Assembly: GCF_001194135.2 (NCBI RefSeq)
Contig: NC_068986.1
Span: forward strand, 24,066,579-24,105,785
Reading direction: 5' to 3'
From: Octopus bimaculoides
Taxonomy: Eukaryota
DNA: 39,207 nt
Under the pieces are notes generated by a model. The model had not been told where the DNA came from and did not search any database. It saw nothing but the letters and a program-made list of their open reading frames with translations. This document shows positions 37,201 to 39,207 of this stretch, in pieces. Numbering within the stretch: the first letter of the stretch is position 1; every line of letters starts with the position of its first letter. The position numbers were made by a program, and so were the translations under genes.

Positions 37201-37874
37201 AGTATTCAGACATCATTGAGTATCATTCATAATGTCAACAATTTGGCATCCACGAGAATCCTCATGATGCAAGTAACTCTTTTCCAATATTCAGATGGCC
37301 ACTAGTAGTCATGTCAGCTAACATTTTCTCAACTAAATATTTAGTCTATAATCTTGTTCAATTACAACTTTAAACTCCATCGCTGTTAACTGTTCACCAA
37401 TACATCAATCTCGGAGGCATAAAACGTCGCCATATTTAGCCCCAAGGCCCGAATATGGTAAATTCAACACTCAGTTTTGGACATCTAGACACTCTCTTAC
37501 ACTTTACGTACCTATACTCACCACGAAATACACCGAGTAAGAGTGCATAAAGACAAGTTGGTTGATACTTCCTCTCGTAAGGATTTAAGTACGAATGAAT
37601 TTAAGGCGACTGATTCACACAGTCTTTTTAAACACTGCATTATACCCTTACACTTATTTTATTTTGACATAAAATTAACTCGTCTTCTGGACAAAATTTC
37701 AATAATAACATTGATATTTCCTTGACCATTTCTATAACAATATCTTCTCAAATTTCACGGCTCTAGCATCATGTTTTCCTTTATCGTCTTTACTTATACG
37801 GTTTAATCTTATTTTTCATCAACCGGTTGTATACCAATGCACATCAATAGCATGCATGATTATCATTATTCTCT

Positions 37875-38026
37875 ATTTCGTCTGTTGCTACGTTCTAAGT
37901 TCAAATTCCGCCGAGCTAGACTTTACCTTTCATCCTTTCGGGATCGGTATATTAGGAACTAGTGAAACACTGGGGTCGATTACATTGACGAGTCCTCTCA
38001 CACCAAATTTCAGGCCTTGTGCCTGG
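37875..38026 (+). mobile_element. tRNA-derived SINE, 5'-truncated
   Basis: TATTTCGTCTG..TACGTTCTAAGTTCAAATTCCGCCGAG..CATCCTTTCGGG..CTGGGGTCGATT..AAATTTCAGGCCTTGTGCC; same family as 30626. Confidence 0.8.
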
Positions 38027-38904
38027 TGACTCATTAGACCTTGGTTTGAGAGGTTTGCTGCTCGAAGGTTATAAATGTGGCAGCACGGTCAGGATTCTTG
38101 AAATAACTCCAAAAATGATTTAAAGCGTGTGAAATTTTTTACTATTTCACCAGGTCCAATTTCTGATTTTCTTATTTGCTGTATGCATAGGTGCGTGTGC
38201 CCCTATAAGTGCAATACGTGGATATATGCCGTAACTTAAAGGTATGATATACATCATTGACAAATTAAATTTATTGTTGAAAGAAAACCTTGGACAATCT
38301 CTACAGCACAATTCACCCAAAGGTTTACAGACTGTTATCTGTTAGGTTACGAAGACATATTGAAGATATCTACATACTTCAAATGCCTATTTATTTCGTA
38401 GGATTTTTAAAAGATGAATTATGAGTCAGTATTGCATTCATTACAGGGTGTATGATTTTAGGTATGCTACTTACAAGTGATTCATTATGAATATTAATCT
38501 TCATTCTATACATAGACCAAGAGAAGGGTAGGAAAATTCTAGAGAGATTATATGAAGATTAAATGCTTCAGAAGGATTTTCTATGAAAATATCTTCAGTG
38601 AAATCCATGTAGGATTTGATATTATAAGTGGTTACTACATTAATGTGGTAAAAACTGTATGTACCTAGGCAATTAGAATTATAAACGAAGTGTGTTGGCT
38701 CTGTGCAATTGAGATTAGGGCCATAGAATCTATTAGACTAAGATGAAAGCGGTTATGTATAATTTATAAAAACATGTGACATATTAATAAAAACATCTGT
38801 AAATGTACAATCATCCAGTTCACTGAGTACCTGATTATATTTTCTAATATATAATACCTGTACATCACCTCCAAACCTTCTGATATATATATATATATAT
38901 ATAT

Positions 38905-39207
38905 ATTTGTTTTGCAAGATTTTTTATGTGAAATCGTGTGTTGAAACAGATGTTGTTGTACTTGGGGATGGTCATATTGCCAGTTTAGCCAATAAAAACA
39001 CACGCACTGTATATTTGGTGTTAATTTTTTTTTTTCAGCTTTATATTACATTAATCTTAATCTTAATCTTATTTCGGCCAGAGTTCTTTCGTCACACTTC
39101 TGTGACCTCATCAGTGGTCCTTTGTTTCCTTCTTTCTTATGTGTGTCTCACCTTGCTAACTATCAGCCATTTTGTATTTTGTATTCCTATTGTATGTGTC
39201 TACGCAT
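38905..39207 (-). mobile_element. hammerhead-bearing repeat (Penelope-like pLTR or retrozyme-type), continues beyond the window
   Basis: Contains the hammerhead motif below and ends at a (TA)n tract. The family assignment rests on the known association of minimal type I hammerheads with Penelope-like elements. No RT or GIY-YIG sequence is visible. Confidence 0.45.
39076..39120 (-). ncRNA. minimal type I hammerhead ribozyme motif
   Basis: Minus strand GGACCA CUGAUGA G GUCACA-gaag-UGUGAC GAAA GAACUC/UGGCC: intact CUGAUGA and GAAA core, perfect 6-bp stem II, stem I GGACCA:UGGCC with one bulge, and a CUC cleavage triplet. Confidence 0.7.

Noticed and set aside
37522-37609. Minus-strand 88-nt candidate exon with a GTG|gtgagt donor
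   Set aside because: Weak acceptor and no recognisable peptide; such site pairs are expected by chance in 39 kb

Overview
Eukaryotic, very AT-rich, microsatellite-dense genomic DNA with eight N gaps. The tRNA-derived SINE families and Tc1/mariner fragments resemble those I recall from Octopus (cephalopod) assemblies; this organism call is an inference, not a database result. There are no prokaryotic features and no CRISPR array. Most long ORFs in the track are artefacts of N runs or simple repeats. Recognisable content: (1) an apparently full-length but decayed Chapaev3-like (CMC) DNA transposon, 12274-14464, minus strand; (2) two RLE-type (R4/Dong-like) LINE 3' ends and RTE-type LINE fragments; (3) one Tc1 and two mariner-like transposase fragments, all cut off at microsatellites; (4) several SINE copies; (5) two candidate exons of an ankyrin-repeat-like gene on the + strand, the second frameshifted; (6) a minimal type I hammerhead-ribozyme motif on the minus strand at 39076-39120, inside a repeat that runs off the window end. 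The hammerhead is the most interesting signal. All family names come from motif recognition by eye and need HMM/BLAST confirmation.
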